Shown: positions 1 to 12,545 of the stretch, one piece after another | Layout: the number at the start of each line of letters is the position of its first letter | Position numbering within the stretch: position 1 is the stretch's first letter | DNA from: Malacoraja senta | Lineage: Eukaryota | Length of the DNA: 64,000 nt | Assembly (NCBI GenBank): GCA_038087875.1 | Contig: CM075997.1 | Location: 6,822,001-6,886,000 of the forward strand | Direction of reading: 5' to 3' | Notes under the pieces: generated by a model | Seen by the model: the letters and a program-made list of their open reading frames with translations, nothing else | The model's database searches: none | Told to the model about the DNA's origin: nothing | Made by a program: the position numbers and the translations under genes

Positions 1-730
1 TGGTGTGAGAGGGGTTGGGTGGTGTGGGGGCGATGGGGTAGTGTGGGGGTTGGGGGGAAGGAGAATGAACGGGGGAGGGGTAAAGGGGGTTTGTGGGTTT
101 GAGGGGGAGGGGTGGTGGGGAGGAGGGGGAGGAGGGGGAGAGGGAAGGTGGGAGGGGGAAGGGGGAGGGAGAAGGGGAAGGAGGGGATGTGTGGGGAGCA
201 GGGGGAGGGGGGAAGGTGGGAGGAAGGAAGGGCAATGTGAGGGGGGATAGTGTGGCTGTGTGGGGGAGGCAGGGCCTCCACTCAGCGGCCACAGGCCGCG
301 GCACCACACAGCACCTCCCGACTCCACACTGCGGTAAACCAGACTCCACACAACGGCTTTCCCCACTCCACACAGCGGCTTCCAGACTCCACACATCAGC
401 TTTCCCGACTCCACTCTTGCGGACTCAATCAGCACGGCTTGTTTACTCAGCCCCGCCTCCGGGTTTTTTATTTCTCCAGCGGGTGCCGGAAGGGGCGTTA
501 CCATCACGGTGACTGATAGGCGAGAAGACAAATCTGCTGATCTCACGATTTTTAAAACCTTCATAAATGTTCTCATATTTCACCGATTGGAGCAAAACGT
601 GTGGACGGAGCAGAGGAGATCGCTGAGTAAGGTGGTGAAAAATAGTGATATACGGTAACGTTTTTAGCGCAAATTAAATTACGACCCGGACCGGAAGTGG
701 TCAAGATGAGAGTTTTAGTAATAGTATAGA
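1..730 (-). mobile_element. Non-autonomous Helitron-like element, 5' part (runs off window start), with G-rich tract and ~20-bp ctccacacagcggctt-type repeats
   Basis: Minus strand begins A|TCTATACTATTACTAAAACTCTCATCTTGACCACTTCCGG, homologous to the termini at 3277(+) and 29915(-). A 5'-TC after host A is the Helitron rule. Confidence 0.55.
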
Positions 731-734
731 TGCT

Positions 735-2200
735 CTGGAACAACGAGCATTCACTTGATCTATGCCCCTGATTGTATTGTTGGTCACCAATAACGTGATC
801 CCGAGCCGTCTGTGCTCTGAATAAATATGACCCACCCGCCCAACCTGTCCGTATGACTCAAGGCTGCAGGCTCACGCATTATAGCTCGTTAAACAGACAT
901 GATCAAACTACACCGTGTCTCGCCAGCAACCTGTACCTCTTTATCATGATGTCTCAACGTTTGTACTCAGTACCATTCCTATTGAAGAAATGCGTGCGAA
1001 GCACTCTTCACCGTACTGTACGCCTGTCCAATATAAGACAATGGGTATGTGGAACCTATATCAAACCAGAAATCATCTACTTGAGGTGTTTCTCACCGAT
1101 ATGCTAGGGAGGAAGGAATCTTCCAGATCAGACTCATTTAGTCATCTTGCCAATTAGGGTTAACCCTGACAAGACTAAGTTTGAGCGTCTGGGTTCTCTG
1201 CTCCCAGAAGCTTTTGAAGTGATCGCAATTAATTTATCCGTCCCAGCGAACGTAACTTGTATATTCAGCGATGCTTTGGCAGCTATAATATACTTCCATT
1301 GAAAATGCACAAATCGGTAAAACTACTTAATCATACTAAAAATGTTCAAGCAGAAAAGATAGTTTTCTGAAGAAGGGTCTCGACCCGAAACGTCACCTAT
1401 TCATTCGCTCCATAGATGCTGTCTCACCCGCTGAGTTTCTCCAACATTTTTGTCTACCGAAGATAGTTGTAGGTATCCACACTGTAATGAATTGCATATT
1501 GTTGTCTTTGTTTTTAAACATATACCAAATCTATATACTTTGAATTGTGGATTCAATCGGGAAGATTTCCAAAACAATGTTTTCTTTTACTTGACGAATA
1601 GTCTTTTAAATTAGACTGCTTCAGCCTCTGAGTCACTCAGTTCTAACCGTCACAACCGAGGAGATCTCCCGGTCTGTCCATTCATTAAATACCTGGCATA
1701 TATCTTCAGGCTCCTCACACAGATATTTCATTTTGTGTCCATTTCTTCACCTAATTACACATTTGCCCCTAATATACCTCTAAATTACCTTCAGATTTAT
1801 CTGAATCTCGTCAGTGATTGGGCACTTCTTCACTCCCTTTGTCCTTCCTGGTTTCATTTCAAGATTCACCTGGCAGTCATTTATGGTCTTACCCTCTTCT
1901 GAAGCGCATTCGTTAATTTCTGCAGGTATTACTTGCCTCTGTTTTACTCTTTGACCAACCTTAAATGGTGTTCGATACCCAGCATCCCGGTATTTGTTAG
2001 GAACCGCGCTTCACCGTCCCAGATACACGTTGATCCTGAGTATTTTATGCTTTGATATCTATACATCTGAAGTGCCTTCCTATATGTATCCCACAATATT
2101 GAAATAAGACATCCAGTTATGAACAGTGTAACAGTGCTCCTTCTCCTCCATTTTTCCACCTCATCCATCTGTTTCACCATAAGAGTTTGATTTTATTCTC
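735..2200 (-). mobile_element. Very old, decayed CR1-type LINE ORF2 fragments
   Basis: Minus-strand remnants such as INLKVI*RYIRGK and CEEPEDICQVFNE resemble the CR1 ORF2 linker seen intact at 34302-35021. Confidence 0.45.
1365..1459 (+). mobile_element. Solo Penelope-like terminal repeat with minimal hammerhead core
   Basis: CTGAAGA-A-GGGTC-TC-GACCC-GAAA-CGTC at 1367-1394; flanked by 9-bp TSD aagatagtt (1356-1364 and 1460-1468). Confidence 0.75.
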
Positions 2201-3210
2201 CGGGTTTACGTGAAAACATTCCTGCCCGTCTTTTTACCAGTATAACTGAAGAGGTGCCAGCAGTCTTAAGATCTGTTAAGAAGGTTCGAGATCTGACCAA
2301 GTGAATAACACAATGTCGTTTGCAGAATGGGCGTAAATTCCTGTGGGCACGTCCCCCCATGTTTTGAGAAGTGGTGGCAAACCCCGCCCCCACCCAAGTT
2401 TTCTAATCCGGATTTTGAAAGTCGTTGAGAAAAAATCTATTAACATCTCCGCTTTCCGCGAGACAGTGGAGGTGTCACTATTAAGCGCTTGTTAAATGTC
2501 CCTATTAACATCGTATTAACACGATGTGTCACCACTTCTGCTTTGACCTTCAAGTTTTACTGAAGGTATGCACCGAGAATTTCTTAAAGCTGTCTGATGC
2601 GGGTACCATTACGACTTGAACTAATTGGATGTGTTGGTGGATGGGTATGATTTAAACGGGTCGATCGGGTTTCCTGGCTGCGTTGCAGGTAAGTCCCTCA
2701 TTCACGGTCACACACGTTAGTTAGTACTTTTTTCCCCATCTCTCTCTCTCTCCCCCTCCAAAGTTGGTTCTTCTGTTTGCTTCAGTTTTATTTGCTTTAG
2801 TGTTATTTATCACATTGTAGCTTTTGAAAGATTCAAGCGGGTATCAGAAGTTTTCTAAGGGCTGAATCGGTCCGTTCCCGGGGCCTTTCGTTGCCCGGCG
2901 CGGTTTAAAATCAAACTGCCGTGTCGAGGCTATCGAGGCTCCCGATGTTGAAGTCCCCGCCGGCCGATTTTGAGCCGCGCCTGGCGATGAAAGGCCCGAC
3001 AAACGGGCCGATTCAAGCTGCACAATTCGGGACGGACGAAGCTGCTGTTGCTGGAGTTCGGGATCGGCCACCAACCAGGTCAGTTCTCGATGTTACCGTG
3101 CACATGGCCCACGGTGCCTCGCGTGTGTGTGTCTGAGTGCGCGCTCCCGGGGCCACCAACAAATCGCGCCTCCAAATGGTGTCCCCCAAGCAGTAAGTGA
3201 ATAGATTACA

Positions 3211-3275
3211 TGGTAACGGACACGGAGTTGTCCGTCAAAAAACGAGGCGACGTTTTTCCAAACACGAGATTATTT
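3211..3275 (-). mobile_element. Fragment of a Gypsy LTR related to 8677-8928
   Basis: Shares cggacacg..gtcaaaaaacgaggc..tccaaacacgagatt with that LTR; cut by the Helitron end at 3277. Confidence 0.55.
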
Positions 3276-3276
3276 A

Positions 3277-3820
3277 TCTATATACTTATAAAACTCTCAT
3301 CTTGTCCTCTTCCGGTTTGCGTTGTTTTTAATTTTGCGCACAAAACGGTACCTGATAGCGCTACGATTTTTCGCCACCTTGCTCGCCATTCTCCTGTGAT
3401 GTAAGTGCAACAAGTTTTATTCCAATCAATGAGATATAAGAAAAGTTAAAGGTCTGTTATTCACCGGGAAGTCGACGCTCCTTCCGGCACCCGTTGTCAA
3501 TCACCGATGGCGGGGGCTTTTTTCGCGGGCGGCGGCTGTTTTCACGGGCGTCGGCTGTGATCGCGGGCGGGTCTGTGTTCGCTGGCGTTGGCGACCACCA
3601 CGACGAGCCTGGAACCGATGTGTGCAGCCGGGGCTGGGAGCCGCAGAGTGCGACAGGCGCCGGGGACGTGAGCCGCTGGGTGAGTCAGAACACGGGTTCT
3701 GGAGCTGGTGAGTGGGTCCGAAGCCGGGTCATGGAGCCAGTGAGCGCGGTCGGAGTCGGAGCCGGGAACCCCAACCCACAAAACCCACTGACTCTTCCTC
3801 ACCCCTTCCCACTCCCCCAC
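3277..3820 (+). mobile_element. Non-autonomous Helitron-like element, 5' fragment
   Basis: A|TCTATATACTTATAAAACTCTCATCTTGTCCTCTTCCGG; the first ~150 bp are homologous to the reverse complements of 560-730 and 29740-29915. Confidence 0.55.
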
Positions 3821-4355
3821 ACTTCTAATTTGGTCCTCTAATTTGAGGAAGGACATTCTTGTTATTGAGGGAGGGCAGTGTAGGTTTACAAGGTTAATTC
3901 TCGGGATGGCGGGACTGTCATATGCTGACAGAATGGAGCAGCTGGGCTTGTACACTTTAGAGTTTAGAAGGATGAGAGGGATTCTCGTTGAAACATATAC
4001 GATTGTTTAGGGTGTGGCCACGCTAGAAATATGTTCCCGATGTTGAGCGAGTCCAGAACCAGGGGCCACAATTTAAGAATAAGTAGTAAGCCATTTAGAA
4101 CGGAGACGCGGAAACACTTTTTCTCACAGAGAGTGGTGAATCTGAGGAATTCTCTGCATCAAGTGGAGGCGGGTTCACTGGATGCTTTCAAGAGAGAGCT
4201 AGATAGTGCTCTTAAAATAGCGGAGTCAGAGGATACGGGGAGAAGGCAGGAACGGGCTACAGATTGGGGATGATCAGCCATGGTCTCATTCAATGGCGGT
4301 GCTGGTTCGAAGGGCCGAAAGGCCTATTCCTGCACCTATTGTCTATTGTCTATTG
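3821..4355 (+). mobile_element. CR1 LINE 3' fragment
   Basis: RT C-terminal tail (MFPMLSESRTRGHNLRI), conserved 3'UTR and (ctattgt)n tail. Confidence 0.9.
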
Positions 4356-5371
4356 TAAGGACGCATTAGGTGGCACCCGAGATGGCGAGGCTGGCCCACC
4401 TGGACTGGCTCGCTCAAGTCCAAATGGGCCGGCTTTAAGCCGGCCTCCGACATGGTAACTTGCCGACCCCCCATGTCCAATACAAAAGTCGTGGGCCCGT
4501 GCCGTAGCACCCAAAAAGGACCTTCATATGGGCGCTGTAAGGGCGACCTGTGGGGGTCGCGGAGGAGGAAGACATACTGACTGTCCGCAATATCCGGCAG
4601 CACAAGCGATGGAGCGACCATGCCGAGACGTTTGGACAGGAGACAGGGCGGTGACCCTCTCGCAGACGTACCAACATGGATGACGGTGACTCCTGGGGGC
4701 CGCCAGCGGCTGGAATAAATTCCTCGGGCACGGTTAGCTGTACGCCGTAAACTAACTCGGCCTATGAAGATTGCAAATCCTCCTTTGCCGCGGTGCAGAC
4801 ACCCAGCAAGACACACGACAACTCGTCCATACCCCAGGACCGGTGAGGCGAGTCTTCAAAGCGTCCTTAAGACGGTGGTGGAATCGTTCCACCAACCCAT
4901 TGGACTGGGGGTGATAAGCCGTCGAGTGGTGAAGCATATCCCCAACAGGCGAGCCATTGCGGTAGACAGGCGAGACATTGCGGTAGACAGCTCCGACGCG
5001 AACTGGGCACCCCGGTCGGAAGACATCTCCAGCTGTACCCCGAAACTGGCAATTCAATAAGCCAATTCAAGGTGCTATGAGAGGACCGAGGTGTTGATAA
5101 GCGGGTTGGCCTCCGGCGTGAAAAGCTCCACCGCCGTAAACAGATGCGAAATGCTGCGGGACAGAGACAGCGGCCCCACGATATCCAAGTGGGCGTGGTC
5201 GAAGTCACTGCAAAGTCTTGAACTGGCGCCCGGATGTGCCGCTGCACCTTCGATGTTTGCTGTCCGGGCCCAATGACCGACTTGCTTCCGCAACCCATGC
5301 CACATGAATTATGCAGCAACCAAAGCCACTGTCGCCCGGATTGTTGGGCCAAACCATCAATTGCATCGAAA

Positions 5372-5472
5372 ATCAGAGTCTGAAGAAGGGTTTCGGCCCG
5401 AAACGTTACCTATTTCCTTCGCTCCATAGATGCTGCTGCACCCGCTGAGTTTCTCCAGCATTTTTGTGTACC
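5372..5472 (+). mobile_element. Penelope-like terminal repeat with hammerhead core, inserted in the Gypsy integrase
   Basis: CTGAAGA 5380-5386, stem GGGTT-TC-GGCCC, GAAA-CGTT; ~94 nt identical to the reverse complement of 6941-7036. Confidence 0.8.
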
Positions 5473-6942
5473 ACCGGAACAATATGCCGGGCCCGTGGCT
5501 GCCTAGTGGCTGCCCCGTGGAGACGTCATAAAGGACAACGCTGCTGGCGGAACCCAAAGGAACGTCTTCGAGCACCAGTCCTGTGTTGGCAGTTCGGTAC
5601 GCCTTCATCTCCTCGTCTGCCAGCTGCGCCGTCGCCAATGTGGCGCAATCAATTCCCCGGACCACGTCGAGAACGGCAAAACAGCCGGGCGGGACAAGGC
5701 GTCTGTGACCAGGTTACCTTTCCCGGAGATGTGGCGGATGTCCGTTGTAAATTCTGAGATTGCGGTGAGTTGGCGCTGCTGCCGAGTGGACCAAGGGTCC
5801 GCAATCTTGGCGAAGGCGAAGGTGAGGGGCTTATGTTCGGTAAAGGCAACGAAGTCCCGGCCCTCCAAGAAATACCAAAAATGCCTTACCGCTAGGTAGA
5901 AAGCGAGCAGCTCCCGGTCGAATGCGCTGTATTTACGCTCCGCCGCGCTAGGTTGGCGGATGAAACAGCCGTGAGGCCGCCAGTGACCGTCAACAGACTG
6001 CTCCAACACGCCGCCGACCGCAGAGTCCAAGGCATCGACAGTTAATGCAGTGGGGGCATTGACCCGCGGATGCACTAGCATCGTCGCCTGAGCAAATGCT
6101 TCTTTCGCCCCTTCGAAAGCTGCCACGGCGACGTCGGTCCACTGCACGCCTTGCTGCTCCCCGACAACAGTTGGAATAGAGGCCGCAGTAATCTTGCCGC
6201 TGCCGGCACAAATCGGTTGTAAAACTGGATCATGCCCATAAACTCCTGCAGGCTCACACAGTGGAACGCCGTGGAAACGGGCGAATGGCATCCACCCTGC
6301 CTGATCGGGGCAGCGCACCGTGCTGCGTCACACGATGGCCCAGGATGTTGATGGCCCGGAGGCCAAACTGGCACTTATCCGGGTCTATTACTAAATCAAA
6401 TTCGTCCAGGAGCTGGCACAACAGCCGGAGGTGGGCGTAATGCTCCTGCCGTGAACGACTCGCCAATAGGATGTCAACTTAATAAATGAAGATGAAATCG
6501 TGCCCCCGCCCCATGGTGTCCATCAGACATGCCTGCACGGCGTTGTTAAGACCGAAGGGCATACGCAGGAATTCGAAATGCTCGAAAGTGGTGATGATGG
6601 CGGTCTTTGGCACATCCTCCGGTCGGACGGGGATCTGATTGCAACGCCTGACCAGGTCGATTAAAAAAACATTTTTTAGCCCCAGCCAGATGGGCAGAGA
6701 AGTCCTGAACGGTCACCGGTCTGCAATTGTGGCGTCATTCAGGCGGCGGTAGTCGCCATAAGGCCTGCAGCCGCTGGAGATCTTGGGCACCATGTGCTGT
6801 GGGGAGGCCCATGGGCTGTTTGAGCGTCGAACATTTCCCATGGCTTCCCTTTCGAAACTCTGCCTTTGCAAGCTGGAGTTTGTCAGGGGGCAGTCTGCGG
6901 GCGAGCGCGGGAAGCGATGGACCCGAAGTGAGAATACGATGG

Positions 6943-7427
6943 TACACAAAAATGCTGGAGAAACTCAGCGGGTGCAGCAGCATCTATGGAGCGAAGGAAA
7001 TAGGTAACGTTTCGGGCCGAAACCCTTCTTCAGACTGATAGGGGGTGGGGAGAAGAAAGGAAAAAAGGAAAAGGCGGAGGAGGAGCCCGAGGGCTGGGGG
7101 AGGGGAGGAGACAACCAGATGGCTGATGAAGGGGAGGGGACAGCCAGGGCTAGCAGAATTGGGAGAATTCAATGTTCAGGCCACCAGGATGTAGACTGCC
7201 CAAGCGGAATATGAGGTGCATTTCCTCCAATTTACGGTGTTGCTCGCTGTGGCCATGGAGGAGACCCAGGACAGAGAGGTCAGATACGGAATGGGAGGGG
7301 GAGTTGAAGTGCTGAGCCACCGGGAGTTCAGGTTGGTTATTGCGGACCGACCGAAGGTGTTCGGCGAAACGATCGCCAAGCCTCCGCTTGGTCTCACCGA
7401 TGTAGATCAGCTGGCATCTAGAGCAGC
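6943..7427 (-). mobile_element. 5'-truncated Penelope-like element (GIY-YIG endonuclease C-terminus plus terminal repeat), inserted in Gypsy pol
   Basis: ORF 7150-7458: IRCSRCQLIYIGETKRRLGDRFAEHLRS..VAQHFN..RKLEEMHLIFRLGSLHPGGLN. TSD gaatacgatgg at 6932-6942 and 7428-7438. Confidence 0.9.
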
Positions 7428-8929
7428 GAATACGATGGCCCGGAGACGGAACTGGCACTTATCCGCGTCTATTACTAAAACAAATTCGCGTTGATTGAGT
7501 TGAATTGAGGGGTCTGGATTGCTGGGTTCTCGGCCAAAATTCATACGTAGATGTTATCCACCGCCACCAGCGGGTTGAGGACTGGCACAGCGGAATGCGA
7601 TTGCTTCGAGCGTTGAAGCATGGAAAGGCGCTGTCTGCTGACGTCCACCAACAGACATTGCGCCCGGAGGAAATCCGCGCCCAGCAATGGCTGGGACACG
7701 TCCGCCACGTTAAATGGCCAGGTAAAAGGGCAAGCGCCAAAGATCAGGGCTATGGTGCGGACCCCATACGTCCGTATGGCGCTGTCATTCGCGGCAGTCA
7801 ACAAGGGCCCCGGCTTACCAGTACGCACGTCATTTCGGACGGGGGCACAACGCTGACCTCGGCCCTCGAATCGACTAGAAATCTTCGGCGCGAACGCCGG
7901 TCCCAGGCATATAGGCAGTGAATCTTGCCGACCGCTGCCGCGATTACCGTCGGCCGGCCTCAGCGTTTCCCGGAAACGCAAGGGGCGGGAGGCATTGGTG
8001 GGCGGCCAATGCCGAGCCCCAGCATTCTCATTTACCTGCTCCTCCGGCAGGATGCTCCGGGGAGCTCCTGGTGGGCGTGGCTCTGGACCGCTACGCCTTC
8101 CTAGGCACTGTGGCAACCGATCCATCGCGCCCACTTCCTGCCGCCTGGCCAACCACAACCTCGTCAGCACGCTTCGCTAGAACCAGAGGGTTTTCGAAAT
8201 TCACACCTGCGAGGAGTAGTCGAAAGTCGTCGGGAAGCTTTTGTACAAAGGCATACTCGAATAACATGCAGGGCTGGTGGCCGTCCATGAACGAGGGCGT
8301 CTCGGCCATTCGGACCGATGGTTTCCGGTTGCCAAACCCGCCATTTTCAAGTTACGGGCCGCTCGCTCAATGCGGTCGAAGGTACGGAGCAGCAGCGCTT
8401 TGAGGCCGCCATATTTATTGGCCGCCGGTGGATTCTGCCGGTAAGGAATTACTCGACCAACCGTTTCCTGGTCGAGCGCGCCGACCGCGTAATGGTAGCG
8501 GGTCTCGTCAGTCGCGACTCGGCCTGCTGAAACCATGAATGCTGCTCGGTCTAGAAGGTCGGCAGCTCCAGGGCGACTGCGTTGAGTTGGGCCTGGTCGG
8601 CGGCGGCGGTGGGTTAGGCGCTGGCAGGTGCATTTTGTTCTCCTGAATATCTGTTTTGGACGTCAGGGTCACCAGATGTAGCGGACACGCAGCTTTCTGT
8701 CAAAAAAACGAGGCAGGCGCGAAGTTAGTCCAAACACGAGATTCTTTGTTGCGACCACACGTTTCCTAACTCCACAACGTGCTCGCGCGATTATCAACTT
8801 AAATACCCCCCAGGGGCACCCGTGACCACTATGTGACTCCTACCCCTCGTCACCGGGACACGTGACCCCTTCCCCCCCAGGGCCAAAGGTTATGTACAGT
8901 GAGTCGCCCACCACCAGGGTCCGCCACAA

Positions 8930-10380
8930 CAGAGACCTTGGCAGACATATCTACATTATGTTAAGGAATATAAAGGATACTGCAAGGTTGGATGGTGCCT
9001 CATGTTCTGCCTTTGTTTATGAGAGATGGGAAAGAAAGGACAGGGAACTACAGATCGCTGGGAGTAACATCATTATTGCGAATGTTACTCGAGGGGATTC
9101 TGAGGGTCGTTCTACTGCATTTTAAAATATAAAGGCTGATGGGAGAACAAGCACAGCTTTGTGAAAGGGAAATCGATTTGACACACTTTATTTATTTCGA
9201 AACGATGATGAGAAGTTATGACGAGGACAGGGTGGCTGACGTTTAAAATGTGTTTTGCATGACCTTTGAAAATGTCCCGCATGGTTAGCTCGTGTGGAAG
9301 GTTAGATCGTATACGATCTAAAGTGACTATGCCGATTCCATACAAAATTGGCTCGGTTAAATAAGGCGTGGCGTAATACTGATGAAGAGTTGTTCAGTTT
9401 ATAAGCATGGCAGTGCAAGAGGGATCGCATTAGGCTCCGACGGGGTTTGCCGTCTCTATTACTGTTCCGGATAACAGTGTTGGAATCATCGTCAGTAATC
9501 TTCTGGATGCCACAAATGAAATAGCGGTGGAGTGGACAGTGAAATGGCGATGGACTACACCGTGAAGGGGATTAACTAAGATGGGAACATAATCTAGATG
9601 AACTAGAGAGGTGGGCCAAGAATTACAGTAGAATTTAACACGGACAAGTGCAGGGATTTTCTCTTTGGAATGTTGAAGCAAGTCAAGACTTGCACATTGA
9701 ACGATAAGGCGTTGTAGAGTGGTGTAGAACATTGAGACAGAAGGTTACAAGTTTATCATTCCTGATAAGTGGAGGTACAAGTAGACAAGGTGATGATAAT
9801 ACTCGTTCATACGTCAAGGCATTGAGTATAGATGTGATGACATCGTTGATACTGTAAAGCCGTTATTGAGCCTACACGTCGTGTGTTGTGCGCAGTTCTT
9901 TTCGCCCAACGGAAATAATAATGTATTTAATCTAGAAATGGCCAGAAAAAGATTCACAAGGATCTTGCCAAGACTGGAGCCTATTCGAAGAGGCTCCATC
10001 GTCTACGTTGTTATCCATCGAGCGCAGGCGAAGAAGGCAGATGTGCTGGAAGGATATAAAATCACTATCGACGCATATAAGGTGGATTGTCCTTATTTTT
10101 AAGAGTAGAAAGTCCAGAGCTTAGGAGCAGAGCATTATGGCGAGAGGGCAAAGATTTACAGATGACCTGAGGGTCACATTTTTGCACAGAGAATTTGGAT
10201 ACGTGGAACGAGATGTCAGAGGATGGTAAACAGTTGAAAAATATATATTTGGACGGATGCGTGGATTGAAAGTCCAATGAGATCTGAGTCAAACGCGCGT
10301 AAATGGGATTAGCGGATTTAGACATCATGGTCGACGTGGACGTTGCCCCGAAGAGCACGCTTCCGTTCTCTATGACCATG
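8930..10380 (+). mobile_element. Ancient decayed CR1 LINE (ORF2 RT to 3' end)
   Basis: Remnants such as QHSFVKGKS and degraded RT-tail motifs; 3' end ccgaagagcacgcttccgttctctatgac resembles the CR1 3' end at about 37810-37846. Confidence 0.65.
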
Positions 10381-10574
10381 GTTCCTGACTCAGCAATGAC
10401 AACACTGTCGTCGCGCCGAGGGCATGCTAATGATTTGAGTTGATCTACCTTGTGAGTCGGACATAAAACAACCGATGCAATTTTATCCCCCTGCTCATGT
10501 ATTTACCCACGTATTCACACGCTCGTCATGACTCTTTGTGATTGTACCACATCAACTGAGCATTGATCCTCAGG

Positions 10575-10730
10575 CGAAGATAGACACAAACAGCTGGAGT
10601 AAATCAGCGGGACAGGCACCATCTCTGCAGAATAGGAGTGGGTAACGTTCCGGGTCCAGACCCTACTTCAGACTGGTTAGGGATAAGTGAAGCGAGAGAT
10701 ATAGACGGTGATGTGGAGAGATAAAGAACA
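10575..10730 (-). mobile_element. Penelope-like terminal repeat with degenerate hammerhead core (duplicate at ~14430-14585)
   Basis: Minus strand agtctgaagtagggtctggacccggaacgttacc..ctccagctgtttgtgtctatc. Confidence 0.7.
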
Positions 10731-12545
10731 ATAGACAATAGCTGCAGGAGTAGGCCATTCGGCCCTTCGAGCCAGCACTGCCATTCAATGTGATCATGGC
10801 TGATCATCATAGAAACATAGAAACATAGAAAGTAGGTGCGAGAGTAGACCACCAGGCCCATCGAGCCCGCACCGCCATTCGCTCATGGCTGAACACTAAA
10901 CAGACACCCTTACCCACAAACAGTAGACACAAGACACAGAACACAAGACACTACCCTCCCCTTTATATCGCTATCACCCCTCTCCACCCCAAGAACCGCG
11001 TGATCTCCTGGGGGAGGCAAAAATCCGGATAAAAACCCAGGTCCAATTCGGGAAAAAAATCCGGGAAATTCCTCTCCGACCCCAATCCAGGCGATCGACA
11101 CTTGTCCAGGAGATCACTCAGGTCTTACTATACTAACCATACCTAGGTCCATATCCCTGCCCTCTCCCCGTAGCCCCTTATCCCCTTGGCAGCTAAAAAA
11201 CATCTATTTTAGACTTAAATATATTTAATGTTTCTGCTTCCACTGCTCCCCGGGGCAGTGAATTCCATAAATTAACCACCCTCTGGGTGAAGAAGTTCTT
11301 CCTCATCTCAGTTTTAAAAGAGCCCCCTCTTATTCTACAACTATGTCCCCTAGTTCTAGTTTCCCCGATCATTGGGAACATCCTCGGTGCATCCACCCGA
11401 TCAAGGCCCCTCACGATCTTATATGTTTCAATGAGATCGCCTCTCATTCTTCTAAACTCCAAAGAGTAGAGTCCAAGCCTACTTAACCTTTCCTCATATG
11501 TCAATCCCCTCATTGCAGGAATTAATCTTGTAAACCTTCGCTGCACTGCCTCCAGGGCCAGTACATCCTTTCTTAAGTATGGACCCCAGAACTGTACACA
11601 GTATTCCAAATGTGGTCTCACTAATACTGTGTACAGCTGGAGCAAGACCTCCGTTCCTACCTCCGTGTTTTTATACTCAATCCCCCTAGCAATAAAGGCC
11701 AAAACTCCATTAGCCTTCCTGATTGCTTGCTGCACCTGCATACTAACTTTTAGTGATTCATGTACTACTACCCCTAGATCCCTTTGCGTTGCATTACATC
11801 CCCAATCAGTACCCCGTTCCTGCCTTTTCCCCATGTCCCCTGACTCCGCTATCTTTAAGAGCCCTATCCAACTCTCTCTTGAACGCATCAAGAGAACCTG
11901 CCTCCATGCCCTCTGAGGCAGAGAATGCCACACACTCACAACTCTATGTGAGCAAGAGTGTTTCCTCGTCTCCGTTCTAAATGGCTTACCCCTTATCCTT
12001 AAACTGTGGCCCCTGGTTCTGGACTCCCCCAACATCTGGAACATGTTTACTGCTTCCAGCGTGTCCAAACCCTTAACAATCTTATATGTTTCAATAAGAT
12101 ATCCACTCATCCTTCTAAACTCCAGAGTGTACAAGCCCTGCTGCTTCATTCTCTCGGGATATGATAGTCTCGCCATCCCGGGAATTAACCTTGTAAACCT
12201 ACGGGGCAGTCCCTCAATAGCAAGAATGTCCTTCCTCAAATTAGGGGACCAAAACTGCACACAATACTCCAGGTGTGGTCTCACTAGGGCCCTGTACAAC
12301 TGCAGAAGGACCTTTTTGCTCCTATACGCGACTCCTCTTGTTATAAAGGCCAACATGCCATTTGCTTTCTTCACTGCCTGCTCTACGTGCATGCTTACTT
12401 TCACAGACTGATAAACAAGGACCACCAGATCCCGCTGTACTTCCCCTTTTCCCAACATGACGCCATTTAGATAGTAATCTGCCTTCCTATTTTTGCTACC
12501 AAAGTGGATAACCTCACATTTATCCACATTAAACGTCATCTGCCC
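10727..12545 (-). mobile_element. CR1 LINE 3' fragment (interrupted at 10808-11796; duplicate at 14581-15406)
   Basis: QMTFNVDKCEVIHFG..RPHLEYCVQFWSP; (acaatag)n tail. Confidence 0.9.
10808..11796 (-). mobile_element. Young CR1 subfamily 3' fragment, present only in duplication copy 1
   Basis: Open RT C-terminus (VRPHLEYCVQFWGPYLRKD..VVNLWNSLP), distinct longer 3'UTR, (atagaaac)n tail. The empty site is visible at ~14660. Confidence 0.9.

Larger units (their letters stand above)
4357..8928 (-). mobile_element. Ty3/Gypsy LTR retrotransposon, decayed (5' LTR 8677-8928, PBS, gag, PR-RT-RH-IN)
   Basis: TG..CA LTR; PBS TGGTGACCCTGACG at 8661-8674 (tRNA-Trp type); gag (DETRYHYAVGALD); protease (FLVDSRAEVSVVP); RT (SPWASPQHMVPK, DYRRLN); RNase H (KYSAFDRELLA); integrase (TAYHPQSNGLVERFH, PYEGPF). 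Many frameshifts. Confidence 0.93.

Noticed and set aside
2328..3200. Probable DNA-transposon-derived repeat pieces
   Set aside because: Looks repetitive, but I could not define TIRs, TSDs or coding remnants, so it is left unannotated.
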